A DNA stretch of 64,000 bases from Haplodiscus bocki. Lineage: Eukaryota. The stretch spans positions 62,868,001 through 62,932,000 of the forward strand of contig OZ296650.1 of the NCBI GenBank assembly GCA_965655095.1. The letters are read 5' to 3'. The notes under the pieces are model-generated. The model had not been told where the DNA came from and did not search any database. It worked only from the letters and a program-made list of their open reading frames with translations. The position numbers and the translations under genes are program-made. Numbering within the stretch: position 1 is the stretch's first letter; each line of letters starts with the position of its first letter. Of the stretch, positions 50,115 to 62,382 are shown piece by piece.

Positions 50115-51325
50115 CTAAGCGTTTTTTGGTTGTGAGTTGAACGGAATTTGTCCACCTCTTGAGCTATTTCTTCCTTTTACTTCGCAATTGCGTGCTGTAT
50201 GGTTTGGGTAACCACAAGTGTAGCAAATTTTTGAGAAAATGCGGTGGTTTCAATGTGTCCGTCATAATTTCCAGAATTTACTGTTGTTTCGTCATTTGAT
50301 TCGTTTTGTCTGAAGCTATCGTTGTTGTAATTTTTGTAGTTATTGTAATTACTATTATAATTACTTGAATTTTGTCCACGAGAATTTCCTCTATAGTGAT
50401 ATCTCCCGCGATTATTTCCTCTATAATTATTTCCATATCTTCCACTACTATTTCCTCTACAATTATTTCCTCTGTTGTTATATCTACCTCGAGAATTACC
50501 TCTACCTCTCTGGTGTTGATAATTAGTCTGGTATTTTAATCCTGAATTGTTTGGAGATTGTTGGGTGTTAAATTTTTCAGTGAGAGCATTCAGTTTCTTT
50601 TCTAATGAGGTTTGATTTTCTGACATTTTTGTTATAACGTTCAAAAATTTGTCCGTATTATCATTATTCATTTCATTAAATCCATCTCGCGACCAGTCAT
50701 CTACTGGACAAAGTTCTCTCAAAATCAATTTTTGTCTTGCTTTCGTGCATAGATCCTGGATTGTGGCGTTTTCTGGTTCTTCCAGGAGTTTAAGTTTGAT
50801 AAAATTTGGCATTGCTTTCTTGAATAGTCTAATGACGTGTCTATCTCTTTCCATTGTCGCAAAATGTCTCCTATTCTCATTTGCTCGGTGTTCCCTATTA
50901 ACTCTCTGTTGATCATTCTCGACTTCTTCATTGAGTGGCTCAACAGGCAGATCTACTGGTGGAGGATAAACTTTCAATGCTAAATTCTGCAATTTTACCA
51001 CGAATTCTTCCGGTGAATCTGTTTTGTTGTCAAATTTGAGATTTTCCAAATTGATATGATGGATTTCTTTCAAATTCGGATTACAAAAGTGATCTTTCAA
51101 GGCTGTCAATGTCAGTTCTAGATCATTTCTGGTTCTATCGTCTACTGTGTGAAAAAATTGAAGTGCTGCGTCTTGCAGTTGTAACTTTAAGTAGTCTACT
51201 CTTCTGTCTGCGTTTATATTTGCCACGTCAATTAGGCTACGAAAAAGGGATTCAAAATCTGTCCAATTGTCTGTTGAGGAGCCTCCAAATTTTTGAATCG
51301 ATACGAGTGATGCTGCTGTTGCCAT
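50115..51325 (-). pseudogene. gag: gag with RG/N-rich nucleocapsid region and CCHC knuckle (knuckle out of frame by 1 nt)
   Basis: MATAASLVSIQKFGG...; after an A-run frameshift near 50230 it reads ICYTCGYPNHTARNCEVKG...QPKNA*. Confidence 0.9.
50121..50127 (-). promoter_or_regulatory. -1 ribosomal frameshift slippery site A AAA AAC (gag to pol)
   Basis: gag ends cca aaa aac gct tag. The -1 frame reads KKRLEPHTPASPFNLQNSD directly into the pol ORF at 50070. Confidence 0.85.
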
Positions 51326-51613
51326 ATTTATGAATTTCCAAAATTTGGCGGTTCGTTTCAATAAATCTACCGAAAGCGTTCAGTTTAGTTAATATCGGCA
51401 AAAAGTCAAAATTTTGTGATACCAAAAAATGAAACTTAAGAGGCAATAGATAGTGAGAAAAAGCAACTACTGCTTCAATATCAAATCACTGCATGCGCTC
51501 TTTGATAAGTGATGATAGGCAATTGATGAATTCAGTTTTTTTTGAGAACAATTTGAGCGCGTATAAATTTTAGTACTGCTTAAGGTCCTTAGAAAAAGTT
51601 TTGTTGGACTTAC

Positions 51614-51635
51614 AGGCTGCTAGAAGTTTGGTCAT
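51614..51635 (-). CDS. env leader mini-exon (MTKLLAA plus 1 nt) with GTAAGT donor
   Basis: ATG ACC AAA CTT CTA GCA GCC T|GTAAGT joins in phase to ttttcag|TG ATA TCG at 41023, producing a signal-peptide-like N-terminus. Confidence 0.8.
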
Positions 51636-51905
51636 CTTCACTGATTGTAGTTTCTGTGAGAGGAAAATCACGTCACTCAAAAGATCCCAAAAGTTCCGCT
51701 GTGCCAGTCACTCGGAATAGCTGTTTTTCGTGTAGGGACTCGTCTAGGGCTTCGGGAGCGTTCGTCTTGTACCCTGTCTTCTAAGAGTAGCCCTTCTTGT
51801 CTTCTTTTTCGCTGTTTGACAAGATCGTACTGCTCGTCTATTCTGTTTCAGATCAACGAATCCAATTATCTGCTGTTGTTTTCAACGTTGGAAATCTTCG
51901 TCCAC

Positions 51906-51917
51906 GAGCTGTCACCA
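51906..51917 (-). promoter_or_regulatory. Primer-binding site TGGTGACAGCTC (possibly tRNA-Leu)
   Basis: TGG directly abuts the inner end of the 5' LTR. The tRNA identity is inferred from similarity to TGGTGGCAGC-type Leu PBSs. Confidence 0.8.
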
Positions 51918-52330
51918 TCTAACGTTAGCAACGTTTCTGTTTCATTTTAGAGTTTCAAATTTCGCATAAGGCAAGAGCGGTTTTAAATCATTGAATTCCA
52001 CTTTAAGATTTTATGTTCTTCTGGATGCGGGTTCACCGAGTGGATTCCAACGAAGTTCTCAGCAGTTTCAACCAAAAAGGGTGAGTTTCAGTGGTCAACT
52101 TTATTTCTTAATATCCAATTTTGTAGTGTTCCAAGTTAAAGATCATCTCGTGTTTATATACAAAGGTTTCAAGTTCATTAGTTTGTCATAATTAGTTAAC
52201 AGGATATTTGACATTATTATCTTTCTCAGGCATCTCTCTGGCGCCCAATTTAAGTTGTTCCTTTTACTTAAGATAAAGTTCCTGGGTCTCTTTCTGAGAT
52301 AAGCTTCTTGCTTCAGTTGTCATCGTAACA
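51918..52330 (-). repeat. 5' LTR
   Basis: Direct repeat of 37642-38054 adjacent to the PBS; TATATAAA at 52160-52153 and AATAAA at 52105-52100. Confidence 0.9.
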
Positions 52331-52654
52331 TGGAATGTGACAAAAACCAAAATATTTTAGTAACGTCTATTATCAGTTTTAAACATGCAGTTTGGAGCAA
52401 TTGACGAAAAACGAAATTAATGGAAATCCCGTAACCAACCGAACTACGCATTACTAAATAGTTGCTCCTCTACAAATTCACACCCGAATATGTATTTTCC
52501 CTGGTATTCTCTTAAAAAACCCGAAATTGCTCATTTTAGTTTTTACTTATCACCGGAGAGCAAGACTTGTCGGAAACGAAAAAGACATAACAATGGAAGA
52601 GTGGTGCGATAGCCACTCTGCAGATTCTTCGCAGAGCCCTGAAATCCTCAAACT

Positions 52655-53460
52655 AACTTTTAACATCAGTTTGTGGAATTTCAGTGGTTACAACCCAAAA
52701 GAGCATACCATATTGGAAGCATTGGGAAAAATAACATCGATAATTGCGGTTTCCGAGAAACCAAAAAAAAAAGAGAAATAGGAAGATATCAGGAATGGTT
52801 GACAAATCGTATAGTTAGTTGATTTTTCTTCTTGTTTACTTGAAAAATTTAGACAAGACGAACAGCTATCATGGACAAGGGTTCTCTATCCGAGAGGAAT
52901 AAAAAGAGCTCCACTTGGAAATCCACACCGATCGGATCTGCTCTATCACAGTAGAAAAAAATCAGATGGCGATCCATGGCATCGAATACGTCTTGTTTAC
53001 TTGGAAAATATTCCAAGTAAACAAGAGGAAAAATCAACAAACAATCGTAAACTGCTATGCCCCCCACACGCGCGGTACGAAAAAAAAAGACCTAACGATG
53101 AGCGAAAAGTTCTACAAACTTTAGAACCGTAATGAAGAAACCAAAAAGACAGTATACCATTTTTGTCAGACGTCAATTCTAAACTTGGCTTGAAAGGCTT
53201 CCCAGGAGGTCCAGTAGGATTTTTTGTTCTCGGGGTAACAAACGAAAACTGAGAAATGCTCCATGAGTGGTTAGACAGCCACAAATTCGTTGCCACGAAC
53301 ATTCTTCAATCACAGGGCTTGTCATATTACAAATTGGGAATGTACCCGAGATAGCAAAAGGTGCACAATTAAATTGAATACATAGCTCTCCCAATCAGCA
53401 GACAAAATGCTGGACGTTCGGTGTCGTCATACAAGCCCCTGATTGAACAATTTTTTCGAC
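52655..53460 (+). mobile_element. Decayed RTE-like LINE, APE endonuclease region (partly repeated at 54227-54740)
   Basis: FNISLWNFSG...SE, IHTDRICSI, TIVNCYAPH, SDVNSKLG and GVTNEN*EMLHEWLDSHKFVATN/FFNHR. Confidence 0.72.
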
Positions 53461-55500
53461 ACCGACAAACCGATTTCACATGAATAATAGTGTTAAATAT
53501 TGTTAACTCAAGAATGTGCCTTCGTTAAATAAATCTACACATATTAGGCTTCCGATGAAGACTCCAACAGAAAATGAAGAGGTAGTTAAGGACAAAACAT
53601 GTATTTAAGGAGAAGAATTGAAGAACTTCGACAGCATGTGCCTCAAAAAATTTGGACCACAAATTCTTAAAAAAACATTGATTGCAAAACTGATCAAATT
53701 ACACCGGCCAACAAAAAAAATCTCTTCATTAAGCCCTGGATGAGAGAAATGCAAACAATAGATGGAGACAACCATTTCGAAAAAAAGAATAAAATCGACG
53801 AAATATGCTTTCGAAGTAATGTTCGAACCGTCATTTTCCGAAATGGAACCAAAATCTCGAAAAACTATTCTACTTAAAAGAACTTACGTATGAAAAGCGT
53901 TCGATAAGGCCAAAACTGAGTGATTAGTTTAGAAAAAAAACGTTTGGAAATGACTAAAATAGGCATCATATACATTTGTGGCAATGATTGCACCACAATT
54001 TTTGGAAAAATGAGCAAAATCCTCAAAAATGCTTCACTTCAATCAATGTATATTTAATAGCCTTCCGATTAGGCTTGCAATGAAAGGAATTGGGCGATTT
54101 CATGGAAAAAGCTTTTTGAAAATTGACTGTAGTTGACGTCATATGCAATTGAAGCAATGCTTGGACCTTAATCTACAGATAACGAAACAAAATCTCGAAA
54201 GTAATCACCTTAAATCAACGTACATTTAGAAAATTATCAGATGGCGATCCATGGCATCGAATACGTCTTGTTTACTTGGAAAATATTCCAAGTAAACACG
54301 AGGAAAAATCAACAAACAATCGTAAACTGCTATGCCCCACACACGCGCGGTACGAAAAAAAAGACTTAACGATGAGCGAAAAATTCTACAAACTTTAGAA
54401 CCGTAATGAAGAAACTAAAAAGACAGTATATCATTATTGTCAGACGTCAATGCTAAATTTGGCTTGAAAGGCTTCCCAGAAGGTCCAGTAGGATCTTTTG
54501 CTCTCGGGCTAACAAACGAAAACTGAGAAATGCTCCATGAGTGGTTAGACAGCCACAAATTCATTGCCACGAACATTCTTCAATCACAGGGCTTGTCATA
54601 TTACAAATTGGGAATGTACCCGAGATAGCAAAAGGTGCACAAATAAATTGAATACATAGCTCTCCCAATCAGCAGACAAAATGCTGGACGTTCGGTGTCG
54701 TCATACAAGCCCCTGATTGAACAATTTTTTCGACACCGACAAACCGATTCCACATGAATAATAGTGTTAAATATTGTTAACTCAAGAATGTGCCTTCGTT
54801 AAATAAATCTACACATATTAGGCTTCCGATGAAGACTCCAACAGAAAATGAAGAGGTAGTTAAGGACAAAACATGTAGTTAAGGAGAAGAATTGAAGAAC
54901 TTCGACAGCATGTGCCTCAAAAAATTTGGACCACAAATTCTTAAAAAAACATTGATTGCAAAACTGATCAAATTACACCGGCCAACAAAAAAAATCTCTT
55001 CATTAAGCCCTGGATGAGAGAAATGCAAACAATAGATGGAGACAACCATTTCGAAAAAAAGAATAAAATCGACGAAATATGCTTTCGAAGTAATGTTCGA
55101 ACCGTCATTTTCCGAAATGGAACCAAAATCTCGAAAAACTATTCTACTTAAAAGAACTTACGTATGAAAAGCGTTCGATAAGGCCAAAACTGAGTGATTA
55201 GTTTAGAAAAAAAACGTTTGGAAATGACTAAAATAGGCATCATATACATTTGTGGCAATGATTGCACCACAATTTTTGGAAAAATGAGCAAAATCCTCAA
55301 AAATGCTTCACTTCAATTAATGTATATATAATAGCCTTCCGATTAGGCTTGCAATGAAAGGAATTGGGCGATTTCATGGAAAAAGCTTTTTGAAAATTGA
55401 CTGTAGTTGACGTCATATGCAATTGAAGCAATGCTTGGACCTTAATCTACAGATAACAAAACAAAATCTCGAAAGTAATCACCTTAAATCAACGTACATT
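52952..55500 (+). repeat. Head-to-tail 1275-bp tandem duplication (52952-54226 and 54227-55500)
   Basis: Both copies start tagaaaa..atcagatggcgatcc and end aatcaacgtacatt; differences cluster in the first ~450 bp. Confidence 0.95.
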
Positions 55501-55840
55501 AATTAAACATCCGGTTAAGCTTGAGACTAAGGCAATTGAGTGATTCGTTAGAGAAAAATGAAATGTTAGAAAACGGATGAACACCAACATTTAAGGCGTT
55601 TTCTATCACAGTTAGACTATCTTAACTACACAGAAAAAAACGCCGAAAACAGGCTCGACGTGAACTCTTCTATATATTACTAGCTTTAATGTAAACGACT
55701 ATCAAAATGATGAAACGATTTCTAAGAAATTTGAGGCAAGAAAAAGTTTGCCTATTACTTCCTGGGAAGTTTTTCCTCGGTCATAATAAACCAGGCCGAG
55801 GACAACGCCCAATAGTCCCTAGTCCTGAAAAAGAAATGCT

Positions 55841-56348
55841 AACAAGACAGTCGGCTATCACCGGCATATTTTGCGCCTTCCCATTTTTGTAAAGAAGGCT
55901 TTAAGAAGATGAAAACGTTTTTTCTCGAAAAAACACTTTCATCATATTTTCTAGTTTTTCCAACGTTCAAAATTTTCTGATTTTTGCCAAAAAAAACGTC
56001 ATAATTAGGGTGGAAAAGACATTTTTGAGCAATCATACCATTCGATACGCATTCTACAGCAACTTTGCCATCTTTAGCAATTTTGAACAAATTCAAGTTT
56101 TTCCGAAAAACCCATCTATTTTTTTTTCAAAAAAAACCCAATTTTTGAACGTTTTGAGAAATCTGACTATTTCAGTGGCATTCTACGGCAACTTTGCTAC
56201 AAATTGGTCGAAAAAATTCACGCTCAGAAACGTGGACATACTGCCGATGTTGGCGTGAACACAATTGGCAAACATCGGGTAGAACAAACATTCCATTTGA
56301 GAGGAAGATTTTGCTTTCATATTATAAATAATATGGCGCAAATAAAAA
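55841..56348 (-). mobile_element. Probable non-autonomous Helentron-associated (HINE/DINE-1-like) element
   Basis: aacaagacag followed by a short hairpin gtcgg..ccggc; subterminal inverted pair tttgcgcc (~55870) and ggcgcaaa (~56335); internal repeats gcattctac.gcaactttgc; A-rich borders. Confidence 0.5.
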
Positions 56349-57185
56349 AGCAAAACCGATCCGTCGTTAGGAAAGAAGTGGTCAGCGCAGGCACATTAAC
56401 AGATCACTTCGAAATTCATTTCGCCATTTATGAGGCGCCTGATATCAACGAAGGAACCGTAGGCTTCATGAGACTAATGGTGGCTATTCATCGCGCCGAA
56501 AATTTATGGATTCCCAAAGCGCCGAAAAATACCAAGGTTGACCATAGAGAATTGCATTTTTTTCGGCGCGATTGAAAGTCAACAGATGGCAGCCGCAGTA
56601 AAAAGGCTGAAAAATAGGAAGGCACTGGATCCAGAAGCAAACACCCCAAAAATATCATCAGAGAACTGAACGATAAATTGGGCGGAAGGACCCAAGGCTC
56701 ACAAATCCGATGAAGCGAATACATAAAGGTGAACCCAAACTCCACATATCCAAAAGTTCTCCAGCATTGATGGTTTTGGAACGAACATAGTGCAATTTGA
56801 ATACAGCGCTCTCACCATAACGTAAAACTTCCTGCAGCGAAGTTCGGCTCGGTTACAAATCAGATGAAAACGAGTCTCGTAAAAACGTACCCTCGTTATT
56901 AACTAGGACCCACAATTGCGTAGAATTTTTGAGGACCAGTAATGAGGCTTCAAGTGTGAAACAGCATCCACTATACCGTAGGGAGAAAATCTTTGCAGTT
57001 CCTAGGCGGATGTTGCATTAGTCGAGCGGCCATTTGGCTAATTGCGCTTCTCACTGAAAATGCATGGGCTGACGTACATACTCGTGAGTAATGATTGGTT
57101 CATTAGGCTGGCAACGCATTACTAACCCCGGCTTATTACGACTGATGTTTCATTTTGTCTGAACGTGAACAAGCCACCCCAACTA

Positions 57186-57225
57186 AGTTTATCCTCACTA
57201 GCCACTTGCCTAGTGAGGATAAACT
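57186..57225. repeat. Perfect 16-bp inverted repeat with 8-nt loop
   Basis: agtttatcctcactag-ccacttgc-ctagtgaggataaact. Confidence 0.9.
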
Positions 57226-57262
57226 AAATTTTCAGTAGATTACCCTCGTAATAGTAAAAAAC

Positions 57263-57449
57263 AAGAAAGAAAGAAAGACTTTATTTTCCACATGCGCATC
57301 TTAAATGACATATACACTTGAAAGAAATATCTTGCATATGCACATGTAGAGGACCATCTATAAGGTCTTAACCTTTTCGAGAGGACCCGAAAGCTACAAA
57401 GCTATGTAGAAGCATTTGTTAGTTTAGTTTCTCAGACTTTGAAATATGA
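57263..57449 (-). repeat. Inverted copy of the 3' end (60281-60469) of the adjacent LINE
   Basis: The reverse complement matches 60281-60469 with roughly a dozen differences, including the (CTTT)n tail. Confidence 0.92.
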
Positions 57450-60400
57450 AGAAGTAGAAGGTAATGACTGGATTTTTCATATGAATAATCGATCGTTCGA
57501 AAATCATTTTGACGACCTAATGATGTTTATTGAAGATCAAAAATTAAACGAGCCGTCTAATATATGTTTGACAGAAACGTGGCTGTCAGATGACTCTACG
57601 TTGAGTCTATTTGAGATACCGGAGTATCACAGATTGATTTCGCACGCAGGATTTAATAGAAACAGTGGTGCTGGGAATTATGTACATAAATTGCTTAGCT
57701 ATCAAGTTGTTGAATTTCACGAGAGCCTACCTGCAGTTGCAATGAAATGTACAACTGCGTCAAAAAACTTTTATAGTTGCATGTGTGTATAACTCGCCAT
57801 CTTGTGATAAGCTAACGTTCATACAAAAAATGTCTACATGGTCTTCGGTTTTAGCAAATTTCAAGCACCCATGTTATAATGTTGGGGATATAAAAATCAA
57901 TTCGCTTGAAACCAATACCACTTCGAACAACTATCGAATCAATGCTATTGAGTGGCTTTACCCAACAAATAGCAAAGCCAACCCGTGTCACTCCGGTATC
58001 GAAAACTCTTCTAGATCATGTGTTTCACAATAATATTTTGCAAAATACATATGATGTAATAAATCTATCTATAACAGATCATTATGCAATGAAAGTGATA
58101 AAACCATACTGTCGAACAAAAGAGCAGAAAGTGATAACTCAAGTGAAGTTGATTAGTTTTTTAACCGACGAAGATTCAAGAGTGCTTTTTCTGCGTAGTC
58201 TTCATGAAAGATTGTTTCAGAGCCCATTTGCTTCAGACGTGAATGATATTTTTTCTCTTTTGACTCAAGCGATAAACGAAACCACCGTCAGTTTTACTGT
58301 TGAAAAGCAATTCGTCCAAAAAGAAAACAATATACCTTGGTAAAGCAAAAAGATTAAAAATCAAATTCCACTTCGTGATAAATATCTGAAGCAATATCTT
58401 GCAAACCCAACATCGGCAAATAAGCTGAGGTATACTGCCTTGAGAAATTATACAAATCGCTTGATAAAGGGTGAGAAATATAATTTCTACAACAGAAGGT
58501 TCGAGAGTAAAATGAAACAACCCAGGCGGTTTTACAGGGATTTAAATAAATTATCTGGAAAGAACGTAACCAAGGATCAAGTTCGCATCATTGAACCGGA
58601 ACACAATGTAGTCGTTCGGGAAGATAATCTAGCAGACTTTTTAAATCAAAGGTTTGCTTCACAGGGAGAACGTGTCTCCAGATCCATATCTGCAATGTCG
58701 GTTGAAGAATTCCAATCGGAGCGTACTTTGAATAGCATGTGTTTATACCCAACATCATTAGACGACATCCATCGTTCAATCGCCAATCTTAAAATTGACA
58801 AAGCATCCGGCATCGGTGAACTTTCTGTTGAGGTTTTGAAGATATCTGCTCTGGCTATAGTCCCATATCTACAAAAGTTAATAAATCAAACGTTTAGTCA
58901 AGGCGAGTTTCCAGACTGTCTGAAAATTGCCCAAGTAATTCCACTATTTAAATCTGGAAGTAAAACTGACGTTGATAATTATAGATCAATTTCTTTACTA
59001 CCAGTTTTGAGTAAAGTACTTGAAAAAATCATGTACAATCGTCTAACCAAATTCCTCGACAAAAACGACACACTTTATGAGAAGCAATTTGGATTTAGAT
59101 CTAAGCATTCAACTGTAGATGCGCTAACAGAGATCACTGAGAACATACGATCAGGCACTGATGAAGAATTTACCAGTAATATGCTAGATCTTCGAAAAGC
59201 TTTTGATACCATTAATCTTTACAGATTATTGGAAAAAGTGTCACAATGCGGTGTCAGGGGAATTGTGAATAAATGGTTTCAATCAAACTTAAGAAACAGG
59301 AAACAGGCTGTATTTGTAAACAATAAATGGTCAAACTTCGAGCCGATCAATTGTGGTGTTCCTTAGGGCTCCATATTAGGGCCCTTAATCTTTATTATTT
59401 ACATAAATGACTTTCCTAAATGTTGCCCAAATGTGATCACGCATCTTTTTGCTGACGACGCAAACTTGATATACTCTAAATAGAAATCATTGACCTCGTG
59501 TCGCGACAAAGAACTAATGAGTGTTCCATCGTGGATGAGTTTAAATAAGCTAGCTCTCAACATTCCAAAAACACAAATGCTGCAATTCAACCATACATCT
59601 AATTATCAGTTTATGGGTGTTATTTTAGTATATGACCAAAGTGCAAAGTATTTGGGGATTCATATTGATCCCAAACTCTCGTTCACTCCCATATCAAACA
59701 CGTAGTGAAAAAACTTTCGAAGCAATTGTCCGTCATAGCTCGACTGAGACATTACGTACCCAGGGGGACTTTATTGAAGTATTACCAAACATATATCGAA
59801 CCAATCATCACATATGGTTTGTTGGTTTATGGTTGTACATCAAGACACCAGTTGAACACCATTTACATCATTCAAAAAAAGTACTCAGATTAATTCACTT
59901 TAAGCCGCACTTTCACCCTAGTCGAGAACTGTTCTTTCGAAATGGGTTCTTAAATGTGTTCGAGTTGTACGCTATGGAGCTTCTTAATTTCTGTCTTAAA
60001 TCAGTGCGCGGAGAAAACGGCTCCTTTTTTCTTAACAGCTTCTATAAGACACGCTTTAATGTTCATGAAACGAGGGGTGTAAGGAGCGGTGCCTTTTACC
60101 ATCTTCGTACTTCGAACTTGCGAGAAGAGCCGTCTATAAAAAACCGCGGTTCTAAAGTAATAAATTACTTCATCGCAAATTTTTACTCCACCGATAACAT
60201 TTTTCAATGGTCAGAAAACCAACTAATGCATAAGGAAAGAGAAGCAAAAAACAGCAGCTGCCCTGAGACACTAGCCGAACTCATAATTCAAAGTCTGAGA
60301 AACTAAACTAACAAATGCTTCTACATAGCTTGGGAGCTTTCGGGTCCTCTCTCGAAAAAGTTAAGACTTTATAGAGGGTCTTCTACATGTGCATATGCAA

Positions 60401-60469
60401 GATATTTCTTTCAAGTGTATATGTCATTTAAGATGCGCATGTGGAAAATAACGTCTTTCTTTCTTCTTT
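57450..60469 (+). mobile_element. CR1-group LINE ORF2 (APE plus RT) with 3' UTR and (CTTT)n tail; decayed, 5'-truncated
   Basis: APE motifs HMNNRS, CLTETWL, PTRVT..SKTLLDHVF and TDHY; RT motifs YRSISLLPVLSKVLEK, QFGFR, LDLRKAFDTI, GVP*GSILGP, FADD and KYLGI. Confidence 0.92.
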
Positions 60470-62382
60470 ATTTCTAATATTTCTTACAGTGTAAAAGGCA
60501 AATTGCGGTGTTGGACTATTCTGAAAATTTAGAACTTTTCTTTGCGTCTTCGTGACGTCGAAAAGCAGGCGAAAAGGTCGAAATAAAAGATGGTACGGCT
60601 CAAATGGATACTCAGAAGTTATTTTGCTTTTCTCGGAATCATGGCTTTCATTGACTGTAATCGGATTCGAAATCTATGCTACTCGCAGTTCAAAACTTCT
60701 GCTGAAAGTCATTATTCACAGTTTTTTCACACTATCCAGGAAGTTTCTAAACAAAACATCGATGGTAAAATGAAGCTTTGAAAGAGACTGTCTTGAACAT
60801 TATTGTTTTCTCCCCTATCTTCCACAGTTGATTCAAGCTCTGCAGCTCGGAACGCCTGCAGCAATCAGCGACATTCAATTGCCAACATTAACCGCGAAAC
60901 AAAACAGATAAGCTTCAACTGGAGGAGGTTTTCAATACTATCTTGAACATTGTTTGGAATGAAATACTCCATTACTGTAGTTTTTTGCATTTCGGAAAAA
61001 AACTGATGGAACAGATGGATGTCCATATTCCAATTGGGACAACAAAATTGATCAATTTGATCCTTTGAAAAAGATATTTTCCGCGAGTGATTTCTTCCCA
61101 TTCTCTTCGGTACTGACCGTGGTTTTGCTGCCTGCGGAATAGCCTCCGCTCAAATTATTTTCTGAAGAAAAATTTTCGGAACGAAAATAATCAATTCAGT
61201 GGTCTGAGTTTTTTTTCATCTCCTGATTTTGTCCATGATCCGCAGAACCGTCTGCAGAACATTTGGTGTCTTGTATAAAACATATGTATATAATACAGAG
61301 AAACAAATCGATAATTCACAGTTTTTTACAAAATCTTCCAAGAAAACGACAAAAGTTAAAGTTTGTGATTCTACACGAAAATTTAATTATAACTGGAGAT
61401 AACTTATTCCTTTTTGGGAATTCCTAGTTTCTCCGTGGTCGAAAAAGACTCCTTTACGTTCGGAAAAAACTTTTTTTGGAACATATCGTTCTGTGATCCC
61501 CACATTGGGGGTTTGAAAAATAGTACAATTAGTTTTGAATCTCATTGATGTTGAAACTCACCTCTCCAAAAATGCAAGGCTCATAACCTTCCATTATGCC
61601 TCAATTGAAAGCCCTCTACCTCTACTTGGAAAAGCGGTGGCTAAATTTCTTGCGAAACATTCCTGATAGTCCGAAAAGTGCCGGAAGTGCTATCAATTCT
61701 GATAACTTACGACAATGGAACTCAGTTACTCAGCAACTCAACGTTTGTTTTCAATCATCCAGGTCTGATTTGCAAACTTTACGCTCTTAGCAGAGGATTT
61801 GATTGGGAAACTAGTAGTTTGGATCCTTTATTCATATTCCTGATTAGGTGAAAATTCTGAAACGACCTTTCGATATAGGTTTTACCTACCTTCAATTTAA
61901 AAAATCTCATTAACTGAGGATTTGTTTCCTTCTAGGAAGATCTCAGTCGGAAAGTTCACATATGCCAAATATGATTGAATTGAGACACCTAGAACTTTGA
62001 TCTTTGCATCGGAACCCTGAAAATCCGAAATTATCAAAGAGTGCTAAAAATTAAATTTAATTTTGTCGACTAAAAATTCTCATACTTTTCAGCTATTAGC
62101 TGATCAAATTTTAAGCACAAGTTATCCTACAGAACCATTCTACCTAAATGAAAAATCGAATGAAAAGTCATTGACTTTCATCCTTCCATCAGACTCATAA
62201 GAGTCTAAAAAACTCAGAAAAAGCTTTCACGACTTTTTCAATTCGAAAACGCAAATCATTTTTGCCCTTAACTACGGAATTGAAGTCTTTCTACAGAGCC
62301 TCATTCGAACACCGTACACCATTGAAACAGGATTCAGTTGATAAATCGGTTCTCTAAAAAATCTAAAAATTGCTGGAATGTT

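Larger units (their letters stand above)
37642..52330 (-). mobile_element. Env-bearing Ty3/gypsy (Metaviridae-like) LTR retroelement, 14.7 kb, with accessory genes; mildly decayed
   Basis: Two 413-bp LTRs, PBS, gag, PR-RT-RH-IN order in pol, env, and extra ORFs between pol and env. Confidence 0.96.

Noticed and set aside
50222-50240. Programmed frameshift before the gag zinc knuckle
   Set aside because: The in-frame heptamer A AAA TTT does not fit X XXY YYZ; a 1-nt loss in an A run (decay or sequencing error) is simpler.
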